DNA of 49,265 nt, filler included, from Bipalium vagum (taxonomy: Eukaryota), in the NCBI GenBank assembly GCA_037834085.1. It is 3 parts of 3 records of this genome, joined end to end, with 100 filler letters (N's around TTAATTAATTAA, not from the genome) between each part and the next. Parts side by side here need not be neighbours in the genome. Positions count along the whole stretch, not along the records: positions 1 to 16,863 come from JBBMKC010089540.1; positions 16,964 to 33,437 come from JBBMKC010109615.1; 1 more part is not named here. One strand, written 5' to 3'. A model generated the notes under the pieces. It worked only from the letters and a program-made list of their open reading frames with translations. It was not told where the DNA came from and ran no database searches. Shown here piece after piece: positions 10,201 to 24,413 of the stretch. How positions within the stretch are numbered: position 1 is the first letter of the stretch; every line of letters begins with the position of its first letter. Position numbers and translations under genes: made by a program.

Positions 10201-13200
10201 GTTTTCTCACCAATATTAATCCGTTTTTTCTGCAACTCTAGTTTAGAACCCATTATATCTGTACAAAATAAAAAATTCAGGTTATTTTAAAAAATATAAT
10301 TCTATCAAATTTAAATTTAAGGTTGAAATTGAGAATTACTTATTAGAATTGTTATTAAATGATGTGATCAAGCAAGTGTAAGATTATTACACATGTAAAA
10401 TCCAACTTTAATTTCACAAGATTTTTAAAATAACGGTTGTTATAGGCTTAGTATATTTTCTGTGATAAACAATTTCTATGTATTTATATCAGAAGGCCTC
10501 ATATATGACTATGTATACACGACAATAGACAAAAAAACCGGAGTTTCACAAAAAAATGTCGTTACATACGAAACGTTATGTTCAAGATTGTTTTACATGA
10601 ATTACAATGTACCTGCTGAATTCTTAATTCACAAGACCCTGAATTAATTTAAAATGATCTCTTTTGATAAAGATGAAGTTATGAATATTTTCGGTGATCA
10701 TATTAAAACAAATCACTTTTCGCCGAATATATTTAGTATATTTCATTTAAAATAGTGAAATCTAATTACCCTTTTTTTCTTAATTTCATTGGTGCTGAGA
10801 ATTTTTGACTTAATTATTTTGATTGTTTTGATAAGCTTCAAAATTGTCTTTCAATTTAATTCAAATAGTGATTTCAATTGAATGTTATCAAAAGAAGAGT
10901 TATTTTCAAAAAGTAATTAGTGCAAATAAATTGTGACTAATTCTCGTTTTGTCAACATTTTTAAATTAGTGCTAATTTATATGGCTGTGCTGTCATATTT
11001 AAATAGAAAACTTAAAAATTTTAAATTTTAAATTTCCACGTTCAACACAAATATTAAAGCACTAACAATTTTTTAGTAGCCTTCAATATTCACAAATTCA
11101 ATAAACTTAAAAAATTAACGGAGCCACCCATCATTCGCTATAAAAGAAAATTCCCAAAATAATATAAAGCTTTAATTTCATTCTAAAGTAGGTTTGGCAT
11201 AAAAGAAAATATCTATAAATATATTTTACGTTCTCATTAATTTTTAAACAATATTTTTTTGGTACAAGTCGGTTTATGTCAAGGTTTTTATGGAATAATC
11301 AATAAGATTCAATGATTATTGGTTTTTTAATTTTAAAAGTTCAGTGATTGCAAATCTCTGATTTTATTAGTTTCACAGCATAAGTTTCGAACCATAGATA
11401 TTATACTTAAAACCGGTTTAATTGGACTACGTCAAATCATAGTTTCCAGTCTGCATTTATAATGAAATTGTTTTTCGTCTCTTGGAAGAATTCAATTTTT
11501 TTTCGTTAATTAATTTAGGAGTAAATGTCTTCAAATCATTTTTATATTAAGCATATGAATTTCCCTCATATCGCAATTTCCATATTGAGATCGAAAAAAA
11601 CCCAATATCGTAATATCAATGGAGAATCTTCACCATATATTTCTACAAGCAAGCGGTGTATTTCCTTTGCAATTTTATTCGACAATGTTTCTTGTGGTTT
11701 TGTAATATTTATGAGTTCAAGTAGTATTTATCTATCTATAATATTTATTACATGATTTCTTTTAAGAATGCAAACAATATGCAAGTTGAATTTTTAACAA
11801 TGCAATGTAAAATTCAGAGTAAAAATTCTTAAAATTACTATTGTTTCGTAATAATATAATTTTTAGACATGAAGTAATTGAGTTCTAATGAGTAAGGATA
11901 TAAAGTAGAAATCTCGTGATACCAATCCACATTAAAAATTAATAATTAAAACTTTATGTTACATTGATGTTGCAATGTCCCTAGAAAACAATCAACCTTG
12001 TCTGTCATTTTTTTATCCGAATTTTATCCAGACAAGACTTTTGGCTATCCGAACTTTAGATCTTACATTTGATTAATTGGTTAATTCATCACTTGTAAAT
12101 TTAATTTTAACCAAAAATATTTAATTACAATTTAATTTTTACTTTAAATCGAATCTTTAGATTTTAGATTACATATAAAGGTTTGACATTCAATTACTTA
12201 AACTTTAGAACGCAATCCTTGTGGTCTTGGGTTGATACTAAATAAATCATTAGAGGCAATTTTAATTTATGAAACTTTGGCTTGTACTACAGTTAAGTGA
12301 CGTAAAATAATCTAAAAATATTTTGATTCAGTTAAGCGGCGTAAAATATTTTAAAGTGTCATACATCTTCTGAACTACATTTTTTAAAAAAGCTTCTGCT
12401 CGAATCGAAGACACCAACCATTGAATTCACTCATGAGACTTTTTTCCCCAAGTGACTTTATGAATTTATGTATATATCTATTAAATTAAAAATTGATGTG
12501 TTCTCATTAGGATAAAAAAAAAGTTATTTCTTTGTTGAATAATTATCATTTTATTTTTACTTATTTGTCTTAATTTTTTCTTTTAATTCTTTTTCTTTAT
12601 TTCTCTAAAGGTTTATATTCAGAATTATGTATTAAGAATTGCATCTTTTAATTCCTTTCTAAAATAAAGATTAAACCAGCAACAACTGTTTGAGACGTTT
12701 TTGGGTTTAGTTTTTCCATTTCTAATTTCTTTTTTAAAAATAATTTTTCTTTTTAATTATTTTTTTATATATCCATTTTTCTCACTATTAAAATTTGTTT
12801 TTTGGTTTTCTGAACTTTAATATTTTTGTAATTTTTCCTCAATAATATTCTTCGTAAAAATAAAATTTTATTAAAAAAGTTGAAATAAAAATAATTTAAA
12901 ATTATATTATATTGTATTATATTTACTGAAAAGCGTATTATGATACTTTAAATTCCGATAAATTGGTATTTGCACAGAAAAAGATACTGACTGTTGTACG
13001 AAAAATATATTTGCATGTTTATATTGAAAAAGAGTGCACAATCTCAACTCAGTCAACTTAGTTGATATTTATCAAGAAGATTAACACGCAAATTAAACGA
13101 AATTAATATCTGAATTTACTACAAATGTGCTCAATTGATCTATGAAATTTTATCGTAATCTAATAATCTTTAAATAAATTTATGTAATTACTTAACATTA

Positions 13201-13249
13201 AAAAAAAATCTGCAATTTTTAAAATCCAGAAATTATAGAACACAAAATC

Positions 13250-13930
13250 TTTCTTAAGTTTAGTGTTCGAAATCCTTAAAAATGTTACAGAAACTCTAGG
13301 TAAAGTAGGTTTTATTAGGAAGTCAAGTATAGCAGTGGAACGAAAAAGTCAAAGGCTAAAAATTTTGCTGAAAACAAAAATCGTTCAGGTTGAGCCTCAG
13401 TCTCTTCAAATGATGAAAATATTGCCAAAGTAAAAGAAATGGTTATTTAAAATAATCATTTAAATTTAAGAAAAATGACTTATTTGTGACAATCTCTGAC
13501 GAAATCATTAGGAAGATTTTATTCAATAATTTTGAATTCTAAGATTTTTTTCAAAAACAACTGAATTTTCTTTAAAAAATATATCTCGAAGTTGCTGAAA
13601 AAATGCTTGAACAAAGCAGTTTAAAATCAGCTTTTATATAATTTAGTATTACTGGTGTTCTGATATGGGTCTATTAATATAACTCATTAACCAGCCAACA
13701 TTCTTAAACTAAAAAGACAGCGTTAATTAAAACAATTAAAATTATGTGATGTAGTGAACTAGAAATTCCACCCGTAGGGATAAACAGTCAACAAACATTA
13801 TCTGTGCGTTATGGAACGTTTGAAGAAAAATATTCGTCGAAAAAGACCAGTTTTATGGAAAAACAATTTGTGGATTTTGCATAACATTAATTCTCCCTCA
13901 TACACCGATACTTGTATGTGACTTTTTGAA
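13250..13930 (+). mobile_element. Mariner transposase remnant (irritans-like)
   Basis: ITG..WVY and TVNKHYLCVMERLKKNIRRKRPVLWKNNLWILHNINSPSYT, with stops and frameshifts. Confidence 0.8.
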
Positions 13931-14603
13931 AAAAATTGTACCAATGTTAGAGTAAATTTTGAATAATATATCGATATATATGGGTAATAATATATAAATT
14001 AATGATCAAAATGTAGAAGTTGATCCGATTATAAAATTTGTCCAAAATATAAGTTCGACTCTAGCATAATATTATTATTATTCAGACCCTATTGTGATCT
14101 CTAATTATATTTTTTACGCTTTTATAAAGATAATGCCTTTTTATTATTTAATTAGTTGATTTTCTATTAGTTATGAACGATAACTCTAAAATACAACAAT
14201 AATTAAAATTCTTTCTAAAGTAAAATTTTAAAACCATATTATATTATTATGCACAATTAAAAAATTAACATATTATATTTTTTTTCGAGAATCTCATTTG
14301 ATCTAAATGCCGTAAATTAGGCATTTGTTTAAAATTATCAATTTAATCTAAAAAACACGAAATTTATAAATAAAAGTAATAATAATAAAAATGTAAATAA
14401 AACCACAGAACAGGACAAAATATGAAGTTGATGAACACTTATGGGACTTCATCTGGTGAAGGACAAATAAGGAAGATATGTGGAGAGCCTTTCTTGACGT
14501 TGAAAATAAATGATTTTAAAAATGTCTATTTCTGTAAAGTTTAATAATAAAATTATTTAAGTTAAAACAATTTATAATACAAATGAATAAAAAAAACTAA
14601 TTA

Positions 14604-14732
14604 AATAGCAATATATTCTTAAACAAAAAGTATATAACAAAATCACTTTCATACTCAATAAGTTCTCAAAATTACCTCAAAATAATTGTAAAAATAAGCA
14701 ATATATTTCTAAACAAAAAGTATATAATAAAT
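14604..14732 (+). repeat. Direct duplication of ~35 bp (AGCAATATATT..TAAACAAAAAGTATATAA)
   Basis: Two copies about 90 bp apart. Confidence 0.75.
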
Positions 14733-16788
14733 GATACTGTTAAGTTTTAGAGAACTTTGGGGTTAGATTTTAGCTTGCTTAAACCCTAGATATCTTTCCA
14801 AAACTTAACGTAGCTCGTTTAGTATGAAAGTTATCAGAAGGATTTAGAGAGTGTAACGTTCGTTTTAAATTATATGAGGTTGCGTTTGTTTATTTTTTAA
14901 ATCGACTGGGTAGTTGTTAATTGTGTGCGGATGAACAATAATTATAAACCAAAACTTAAATGTGACTTTCAACAAATAAAAGTTTTAATCACTAAGACAA
15001 AACAAAACGAATTATTATGAGTTTAAAAACTTTTTTAATATAACGATTCAAAACTTTGTTGAACAAGTAATAGTTTGTTAGCAAATCCCGAAAAATGGTC
15101 ACAAAAATATTTATGCTCTTCGCTAAACCTAGCCTCAAGAGCCCTCAAAAGTAAAAAGCGTCTCTCCGCCACACTTGACGTTGAGAAGACAAAAAAGATA
15201 AATGTGGGAAGTTTAGATGTAAAGAATTTCAGTCTTTAGAAGATATCGAAAATCATCTAGAAAAAAAGATATTTAATTAAATAACAAACTAACATACTTG
15301 AGTTATATTTATTTAATTATGATAAGCCTACAAAACCAGTTTATCTAATGCATAACGAGAAAAATTTAGGTTATATAGAAACCGATTTAAGAATTTTCAT
15401 TCAAAACAAGTCAGTCTTTATTTAAAAATAATGTTTCGTTATACAAATTATTAACAAATTAAATTGGAAACTTTGTTTTATATATAAAACAAGTTCCGTA
15501 TTTATTTTGATAACTTTACGAAAACAAATAAAAATTTGGGCATAAAATTATAAAAATTACTTGAGCTGAATGAACAATAACCTCTTAGATATTTTGGTAG
15601 ATAATTGGTGAACCTTTCTTTCTTTTCCTCTTGTGATGACCATTTTATGTTAACCTTTTATATTAATATTTCCTGAAGGGTTGCTAGTAGTATGATAGTA
15701 TTGGTTAGCGGCGATTGTAAAAAATACTGACAATGATGGTATCAACAAGTTACTGGTAGAATATGCGTCCTTTTTGTAACATATTTTTTGTGCGACCTAA
15801 TTAACTTCTCACAACTTTTATATTGATTGCCCTTACTAAAATAATAATTATTATTTACTATTTATATATTATTTATTATATTTTTGTTATTTTAATTTTT
15901 ACACAACCTCTTATTTTTACTTAACTATCCTGCCCTAAACCATTATGTTTTTAGTAATTTGGGTTTTCTTAATATATTTTAAAAAATTTATTTTATTTAC
16001 ACATTTTCTTTTATTAGTTAATTAAATTTTTAAAAATACTTTAATCCACACAATGACGATTTGCAGATAAAAATATGAAATATAAAATCACCAACAAAAA
16101 TAAAATGATTTAATACATATATAATTTTTTATATACAAATACACAACAATGTTTGAGATCAATTAATGTTCTGCTGAATGATCGGATTTTGGTCTTAGTT
16201 TTGGTGGGAGTCACAGAAAATTAATTGGTTACGTATCAGTCTTCGTATCAAAACTGTTCAGTACTTAATGTTATCGATTTTTATGTACAATACTCAATAA
16301 TTTGAAAAGTATTGATTTTTGTTTAAATTTACTTAACATAAAATTTCGTTTTATATTCACTTGATCCCTCCATTTTCGTTCGTGTTAAAGATATAAAAAA
16401 TTCTCCCTTCAAAGTCTACAGAAAATTTCGGAAATTCCGAATTTAGTAAGAGTTCATACAAAGTCTGAAGTCAACAGCAGAAAAATTTAAATCCAAACAC
16501 GATAATTTTGTGACAAATTTTCCTATGGTAGCCAAAGCTAATAATTTTTTTGGGGAAATAATAATATTATCTCATCTCCATCAATTGATGATGTGTGTCT
16601 TGTCTTCTCACTCCAAATTATTTGCTGCTGCATGTGAGGAAGATTGGACGACGTTCGTTTTCTCCATTCATTTTTTATCAAAAATTATTTTATTCTTCCT
16701 TTTCTCATAAAAAGTAAAAATATTTTTTATAAAATAATTCATTTATTTATTTTAGTAGAGGTTTTCTTCGTTCTAACATTAATAATTG

Positions 16789-16790
<2 letters not shown>

Positions 16791-16863
<73 letters not shown>
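16791..16863 (+). repeat. (AAT)n microsatellite at contig end
   Basis: Perfect AAT run abutting the gap. Confidence 0.97.
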
Positions 16864-16963
16864 NNNNNNNNNNNNNNNNNNNNNNNNNNNNNNNNNNNNN
16901 NNNNNNNTTAATTAATTAANNNNNNNNNNNNNNNNNNNNNNNNNNNNNNNNNNNNNNNNNNNN
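16864..16963. other. Artificial contig spacer (44N-TTAATTAATTAA-44N)
   Basis: Exactly 100 bp; the palindromic linker gives stop codons in all six frames. Confidence 0.97.

Positions 16964-17034
<71 letters not shown>
16964..17034 (+). repeat. (TAT)n microsatellite at contig start
   Basis: Perfect TAT/ATT run after the gap; a mariner TIR begins at its last TA. Confidence 0.97.
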
Positions 17035-17035
<1 letters not shown>

Positions 17036-18081
17036 CAGGTAGAGCCATAATAACTAGCGTTTTTAAGACTTTAAAATGAAAGACCGAAACTAAAAGTTAT
17101 GAAACATTTATTCATAAAAATATTTTTAAAACTTTTTTAAAAATGTTTTGTCTGTAACCATCGTTTGCCAGCTCTTTTAATTCTCTATTATACCATACTG
17201 CGTCCTTGAAAACCAAAAATTGAAGACAACCACTTTCCACATCATCAATCGATAATACGCTTTCTATCGATTAATAATGTGTAACGTTCTTTTAATATTT
17301 CATAAACTATTTCCAATTGTCAGTATAACAGATCATAGTTGATAGTCCGACAATCAGGAATTACTTCAAAGTAGATTTTTTTTATTATTAATCTATTACA
17401 TTATTAATCTACTCAAAATTTCATCACATGCAAAGCATCACCTTTTTCTCAAATATGTTAACCTTTGGTATAGGAATTGCAGGTTGGCCTGACGATAATT
17501 ATTATTTTTCATCACTTGTGACTTTTTTTGCTTATAAAATGATCATCCCTAGAACTAGAAGGTAATTGTTTAAATTTTCAAATTGACGTTCTTTTAGTAT
17601 AGTCAGATCATGCAGTACATTACGGCACCGCTTACTGACCTTTCCAAGTTTATATAAATGCCGAGTTATAGTTGATTGTGAAATATTTAATTCTGAGGAT
17701 AAGTTTCATTTGTTTGTTATTGAATGTGAATTGGCTGCATCTTTCAGCAGCTCTGAATCAAAAGAAGTTTGTCCTTCTTCGTAATCCAAGCTGAAATTTC
17801 ACCATTTTTAAACTTTTTGGACCATTCTTGTGCAGTTTGAACTGATACTGATTCTTCACCAAATGTCTCAGAGTAATTCTGATGTCGATGGGTAAATAGA
17901 TCATATTAAATATCTAAATAAAATCTCAAAATCGTTATATACACGTTTTTAAGATTAAAGCAATCAGCATAATAAATAACATCAATTAATGATTATTTCG
18001 ATATTTGAAGGGTTAATATACTTAAAATAGTTCATTACAGAGAAAAGCTGTAAAAACGCGAGTTATTATGACTCACCCTAA
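17035..18081 (-). mobile_element. Mariner element with both TIRs, internally deleted and decayed
   Basis: Imperfect ~30-bp TIRs (TCAGGTAGAGCCATAATAACTAGCGTTTTT / AAAAACGCGAGTTATTATGACTCACCCTAA) with TA on both sides. Translates FGEESVSVQTAQEWSKKFKNGNFSL, ISQSTITRHLYKLGK, VTSDEK. Confidence 0.88.
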
Positions 18082-19699
18082 TATATGATGAAAAACACAA
18101 AGCCTTTAAAAGGGCTTATGCAAGTTAAATTAAAAAAATAAAATTTAAATAATTACTCCGTGCAAGAATTGATTATTAATAAGGTAATAAATAATTATAA
18201 TTAAATTATATTGATTGTAGCAGCTCAAAAAATATTAACAGCAAAATGTAAAATACAATTATTACGGATATAGACGTAAAATCAGTAATATCTGTGTCAA
18301 CCTAATAAAATAAAATATTAAATGTGACATTTATTATCAAATGTTAATATTATGTTAATAGATAAAAAGTCCCTCTTTCTGTTCTGGTACGTTTATTGTA
18401 AAATGTTAAAAGTAATTATTGTTAAATAAGCTAATATGAATATCACTAAACTTTATCTCAAAAACCTTTTGCACAGTTGTCAAAAAATATGAATAAAATT
18501 TTCATATTCTGACCAGGACCAAGGATTTTCGTGATGTACACAATAATTTGGTGAAGTATTATAAATTTTTTTTGGATTTTTTTGTCTTTCATAAAGATTC
18601 CGATGCAATCTTAAAGCATAATCCATTTGTTAATCAATTAATAATTATTATAAATAGATTAATGTAAGATAGAATATAAATAAATAATAAAGAAAAAAAA
18701 TTTGTTCAAAATTATTGAAATGCGTCTATTTAAAAAAAATTTATGATGTTCACAAGATTAAAAATAATAAAGAATATATTGATTTTAAAATAATAATAAT
18801 AATATAATATATTACGAATAAAAAAATGATTTTTGTCTTTTGGAAATATTGGGAAATTCTGTGAAACTATTAATCATTGACAAATTTAATAAAAATTCAT
18901 CACTTAAAGAATGGAGTTTAATTTAATTAAAAAATGTCAAGCCAAATCAAATTAAGAAATAAATAAATTATATAAGAAACAGAAAATATTCATCAAACAG
19001 TAACATGAATTATGTCCGAATCGATTTTTAAAACTAAGCCATAAAAAAGAGTCGACATGAATTTAAAAATATTTTAATAATACTTTTATATTTTATTATT
19101 ATAATTTATATATAATCGAATTTATTTATTTTTATAATTAAAAATTTTACTTTAAAAAAAGGTACATTGACAAAACAATATATAAATAACTACAAAATAA
19201 AATAAAAATTCATTATAACCCACTATGGGAAAGGTTATAAAAAATAATTAATCAATTAAAAAATATTGAATTTGATATCATTTGCACCATGGGGATTTGA
19301 TTCTTTGAATGTTCTATTCAGTAGAAAGTAATGAAAATAATTAATTAATTTGAACTTTCATGTTTAATGCCAAAAGAAATTAAAATTAAATAACCTCATT
19401 TGTTACACAATAATTTTGGTTAAAGAAAACTAATTCCAAAAACAATTTCCAAAATTCAATAAATAATTAAAATAATTAAAATAATAGAAATTTTGAATTA
19501 ATTGGCTGAGTGATAAAAGCAAATGGAGGTGGAAAACTGAAGAATGACCCGAGTATCGGAATCCAATATGATTAATTTATAACAGAATTTTAAATATATA
19601 TATATATCATTGATTTTATTATTTTTTTATAATATTTTTATTATCTTTCTTTTATAATTTTTCTTGAAATAACATTGAAGACTTAAAGCGCAACAAATG

Positions 19700-20600
19700 C
19701 GTTATGTTACATATATACATAAAAGTCTCCAAGACAACCTATTTCATCATAAAATCCATCATAAATAATCTTTAGAGTACATTCTTATAGTGTCATCACA
19801 CCTAAGCATTTTCTCAGACAAAAAAATTTGTTAAAAGAGACACAAATGATAATCTGTTAGTGCAACATCAGGACAATACGATTAAATACGACTAACTAAA
19901 TTACACTAATTTCTGACGAGCAACCACAAAGTGTGGAACTTTTGTTGTGATGAAACAACACACTTCTGATTTACTGATTCTGAAAGCTTCTTCTGCACAT
20001 CAACTCCTCTTTTTCATAGTTGTTGGCAATATACTTTGGAATCAATCATTTTTATAAAATGATAATAAATCAAAATATGAAATGCCATTGTAATTCCACC
20101 TCATTATTTTATGCAAAACTTGACACATTCAGCTTAAACCATGAACTTTTAATTTGAATGTTATTGTAAAAAATTCACTTCTCATCACCGGTTATCAAAA
20201 ACTTTCAAAATAAGTTCGTTGTGATTTCTTTTAAAGTGAATGCTCTAAATGTTCAATAATTCTGTTAAATGAATTTCCTTCAGTTTATGTTCAACCAAAA
20301 TATCAAGCTTTTCAGAATATCCAAACCTTTTCCAGTCGTCATCAATAATTTTTTTTCATGAAATCAATTTGAAATCTCACAAATGATGATGAGTGAGCCA
20401 GTTTGAATTTGGCCTTCATTTGGTCCTCATTATTTCTCATTAGTCTGCTTCCAATGCATTTTAGAAGGAGAATTTCCAGAACAATTTTTTTTTTAAATTG
20501 ACAATCACATTTTGTTACTGTATCTTTTTCATAAGCTGCACATAGTTTCGATAATTATAAAGTAATTATATAAAATGTATCTCAAATTTTCATTTGGATT
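19700..20600 (-). mobile_element. Decayed mariner transposase
   Basis: LITGDEK (~20190) and YCPDVALTDYHL (~19860) motifs on the minus strand. Confidence 0.8.
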
Positions 20601-21714
20601 TTCAATTATCACCATTTCATTACACCGTATACAATTAATTCAACAAAATAGAAAAAATTACAATACCAATATTAATTTATAGTATAAAAATCAATATATA
20701 GCAATAGTTTACTTTACACACATTTAATTAATATTACAATATATGGTACATCAAAATAAAGTTTCTTCATAAATTTGATTTGTTTCCGATATATTGCCTA
20801 CATCTTTGAGTTATTCGTCATCTGTTTTTTGTTTTTTTGCACTTATACATACCAAAAAATTCATAAATGTCTTATTTAAATAAAACGAATACTTTTAGGA
20901 CATCCATGTGGATCAAAACTCGGAACATTCAAAATACATCTATCTCTAATCAAATAATTTTTATTTTCAGTTCAGTTTAAATACAGTTTTGGTATGGTAG
21001 TTTAAATGAATATAAATATAATAGCTCTTGAAAAGGGACTTCAAAACCGGACACTTGTCTGAATAAAATTTGATATTCTTCTTTGTAATTTAATAAATGA
21101 AAATTTCAGAAAAAAAATATTCACTTTTGACATACACAATTTTATTAGAAAAATTAACAGAGATATCACCATACGTTGCCGTGTGACAAAATAAATATTC
21201 TGTTCTTTAGCTCAAGCTGTCTTTGGATTTCAAGAAAAAATCTTCCATCGTCTCCATTGTCAATAGTCGGACAGGTGAAATGGGTGTATATGAAAGAGTG
21301 GGTCGTTGTTGTTGGATATTTCTACAAATTTCCTATTTTACTGAACTTTGTTAAAGCAGCAGCGGAAAATCATAAAACAGAATTTGGCTTTCCAGAACAA
21401 ATCATTGTTGTGGAAATTTTGGACAAATAGAATATCACTTATTTGGTATTCAATTAAATTAGTAAACAAAATAATAAATAGCATATTTATAAATAAAATT
21501 TCAAATCAGAAATGTTAGTTAATTTTTATTATTGTTTTAAATAATAAAAGAAAAATTACAAACAAATAAAAATTATCGCCAAATAATATTCTGTCGCTTT
21601 GTTTAAATTTATTAAAAACACAAAAAATTAAACTAATAAATTTTAAAAGTAATTAATATTAATATGAAATACATAAAAACCTTCAATAAATAAGTAATTT
21701 CTTAAATGTATTGC

Positions 21715-22472
21715 TGAAGGAACACCTCAAACATCACCGCGTTGTCATCAGTACTTCATTGCTTTCACGTCTGTGTTGCAATAACATCGAGCTTTTTTAT
21801 CGAGCATTATAACCGATAATGAAAAATGGTGCCTTTATATTAATTTAAAACAAAGGAAAGAATGGTTTGAATGAGATCAGCAAACAAAACTTTCAAACCC
21901 GAAAGACAACGCTTAGCGTTTGGTGGGACCAAAAAGGAGTCATTTGTTATGAATTACTTAAGAAAACATATAAATGACCTCTGATATTTATTCTCAACAA
22001 TTAGTACGATTAAAAGCAGATATTTGGAGAAACGACCTAAAACTCAACATCAAATGATTTTGTTGCATGACAATGCTCGACTGCATACTGCTAAACTGAG
22101 AAAATAAGTCATTGAAGAACTCGGTTGGAAGATTTTACCTCATCTGACATCTTCGCTTGACCCTGTCCCAACAGACTTTCATTACTACCGATCACTGTCA
22201 AACAGCATAAATGGAATTTCCTTTGAAGATGATGCAAAACTGAAAAAATGGCTAGACAAATTTCTTTACCCAAAAAATGCAAATTTTTTAAACGAGGAAT
22301 CGATAAGCTACTTCTTTATTGAAAATAAGTCATAAACAATGGAGGAGAATATATAAACGATTAACTATGTTTATTATTATTCTAAACTATGTTTTCTTTG
22401 AATGTGTGCATTGGATTGGTTTATATACGTGCTTATTATATTGTGAGCGACAGAATATACGCATCAACCCAA
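21715..22472 (+). mobile_element. Mariner, 3' two-thirds with right TIR
   Basis: IITDNEKWCLY, LSVWWDQKG, LLHDNARLHT, LDPVPTDFHYYRSL. Ends ...CATCAACCCAA-TA. Confidence 0.88.
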
Positions 22473-24129
22473 TATATTTGTATTACAGTTCAAAATTTTG
22501 AAAAAAAGTTTAAAAAAATATATTTTATAAATATCGTAAGAAAAAAATAAAAATGAAATTAATAACATAAAAGTCGTAAAATTCGAACCCTTTTTAATTA
22601 TTAATATACACTTTGTGACTTATTAAATGAGTTAAAGAAAATAATATTTCAATAACAAATAAAGTTTAACAATAACATAAAATTTGTAAATTGATTGGTC
22701 AAAAAATGAAAATAATTATTGATTATTAATTATGGTAATTAAATTTTACAGAAATTTGCCATAGAAAAACGAATTTTATTTTTATTTAAGTTTTAAATAT
22801 TCATTGGAAATTAGTTTTTAAAAATAATAAAGTTCTTCATTTTAGCTTATATTTTTTCAAATTATTTCATAAATATATAAATAAACAAATCAGAATTTTT
22901 CAGTTGCAAAGTTCTAAAAAATTAAAGCAGTATTTCCAAAAATCTACACCATTTTCGGTTTATAATACCTATTTGTTGTAAGATAAGCTTTGATTTGTGA
23001 TTGTTTAATTTATCAAGGACTTTTTAATGGAATCTGTAAATTAAATCAGTATCATAATTATCCCCTTTCCATTTAATGAAAAAATTACACCTTGTTCATT
23101 TCTAATTATAAGATTCATACATAAGTTTCCATCGCTCACATATTTATGACAATTTAAATATTATTATAACATATATGCTTTGTTTGGAAAAATATTTGTT
23201 TAAGTCATTATTGATTATATTGATATGCATGACCTTAATTTATTTAAATTAGCCGACTTATTTCAATCAATAATTATACTATATTAAAACTATTTTGATA
23301 AAAAAGTTTATTTTATTGAACTACTTAAGAATTAATTATCTTAAGTTCTATCTTTCGTTTCATGTTAAAAATTTTCATTTTGCCAAGCAAAGATCTTTCA
23401 GTCAAAATTGTGACAACTTGTTGATTGATAAAATCTTTGAAAGAAAATTATGTTACATAAATTATAATTTTATAATATATTTCAAAGCCAAAATCACTAT
23501 ATACGCTCCTCACGGCCGCCTCAGTGGCAGGACCTAAGTAATTTAGAAGTAGACTTAATTGGACACAGAAAAAATCTTTTACAAATGATTTTAGAAATAC
23601 GGTAATAAAGCTGAAGAATTCTTCTAGTGAATTTATTAATCAAATAATTTATTATAAATGATATATGACAGTTGTAGACGCCTCGTTAAGAGGCAATAAA
23701 AACTGGGGAAAAAGAAAAGTTTTATTATTCAGCTATTAACTTGGAACCCATCTGTCTAAAATTTGATGTATTATATTTTGTTTAAAAATAATTTTCTCAA
23801 AAAAATATATTATTATTAATCATTTGAAAAATTATTATTTTTGAGAAACAAAATAATTTCTCTGGCTCAAAAATTTGTAAGACCAATAGTGAGGAATGTG
23901 GATTCTGATATGAGATAATAATAAATTTATTATTATATTATTTATAAAAAAAATATTTGACATTATCATAATGATGATCGAGACGCAAAATTTCCGTATC
24001 TTCAAAACAATTTTATTAATAAAAACTGACCAATTTCATTATTCAATCAGCTCTCATTACAATGGAATCATTGGTTCAGTTTTAATATTGGAAATTCTAT
24101 TCTTTTTTATTTTCAAATAAGATTCTTAC

Positions 24130-24413
24130 ATTTTCACTATACTGCCGGAAGCCAGTGTCGCTATAAGCATAGTTCCTAACTGTAGAAAATAAACCATTGT
24201 CATTGCTGATGGGGTTGCGTTTATTTGGCACTGCAAGTGTGGCATTGACGGACCCATAATCCCAATGCACATTCCAAATAATGTAAAGGTAAGAAAATAA
24301 AATAATGACGGTATTAAATTTTCCTTTAATATGGAATAATATCCCGGTCTGCTTTCCGATGAAAGAAAATGTCGTTTGAATTGAATAGAGTTACCTGTCA
24401 AAAATTGTCTCAT
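24130..24413 (-). CDS. First coding exon of an MFS transporter, MFSD4/NaGLT1-like (partial gene)
   Basis: ORF 24126..24413 reads YFLTFTLFGMCIGIMGPSMPHLQCQINATPSAMTMVYFLQLGTMLIATLASG, resembling MFSD4 TM1-2 (FG.C....GPT...L.CQ). It ends at a GTAAG donor at 24129. Downstream exons could not be identified. Confidence 0.7.

Noticed and set aside
16908-16919. TTAATTAATTAA palindrome repeated at 33482-33493
   Set aside because: Centred in fixed N runs; an assembly linker, not biology.
19260-19580. Possible downstream exons of the MFS gene
   Set aside because: Could not build a phase-consistent MFS-like translation.
21176-21430. 84-aa ORF, possible further MFS exons
   Set aside because: No recognisable motif in any frame, and the minus frames contain stops.
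23500-23545. GC-rich CGCTCCTCACGGCCGCC...CTAAG resembling an HDV-like ribozyme L3 loop
   Set aside because: No upstream strand able to form P1, and P2/P3 pairing is not satisfiable.
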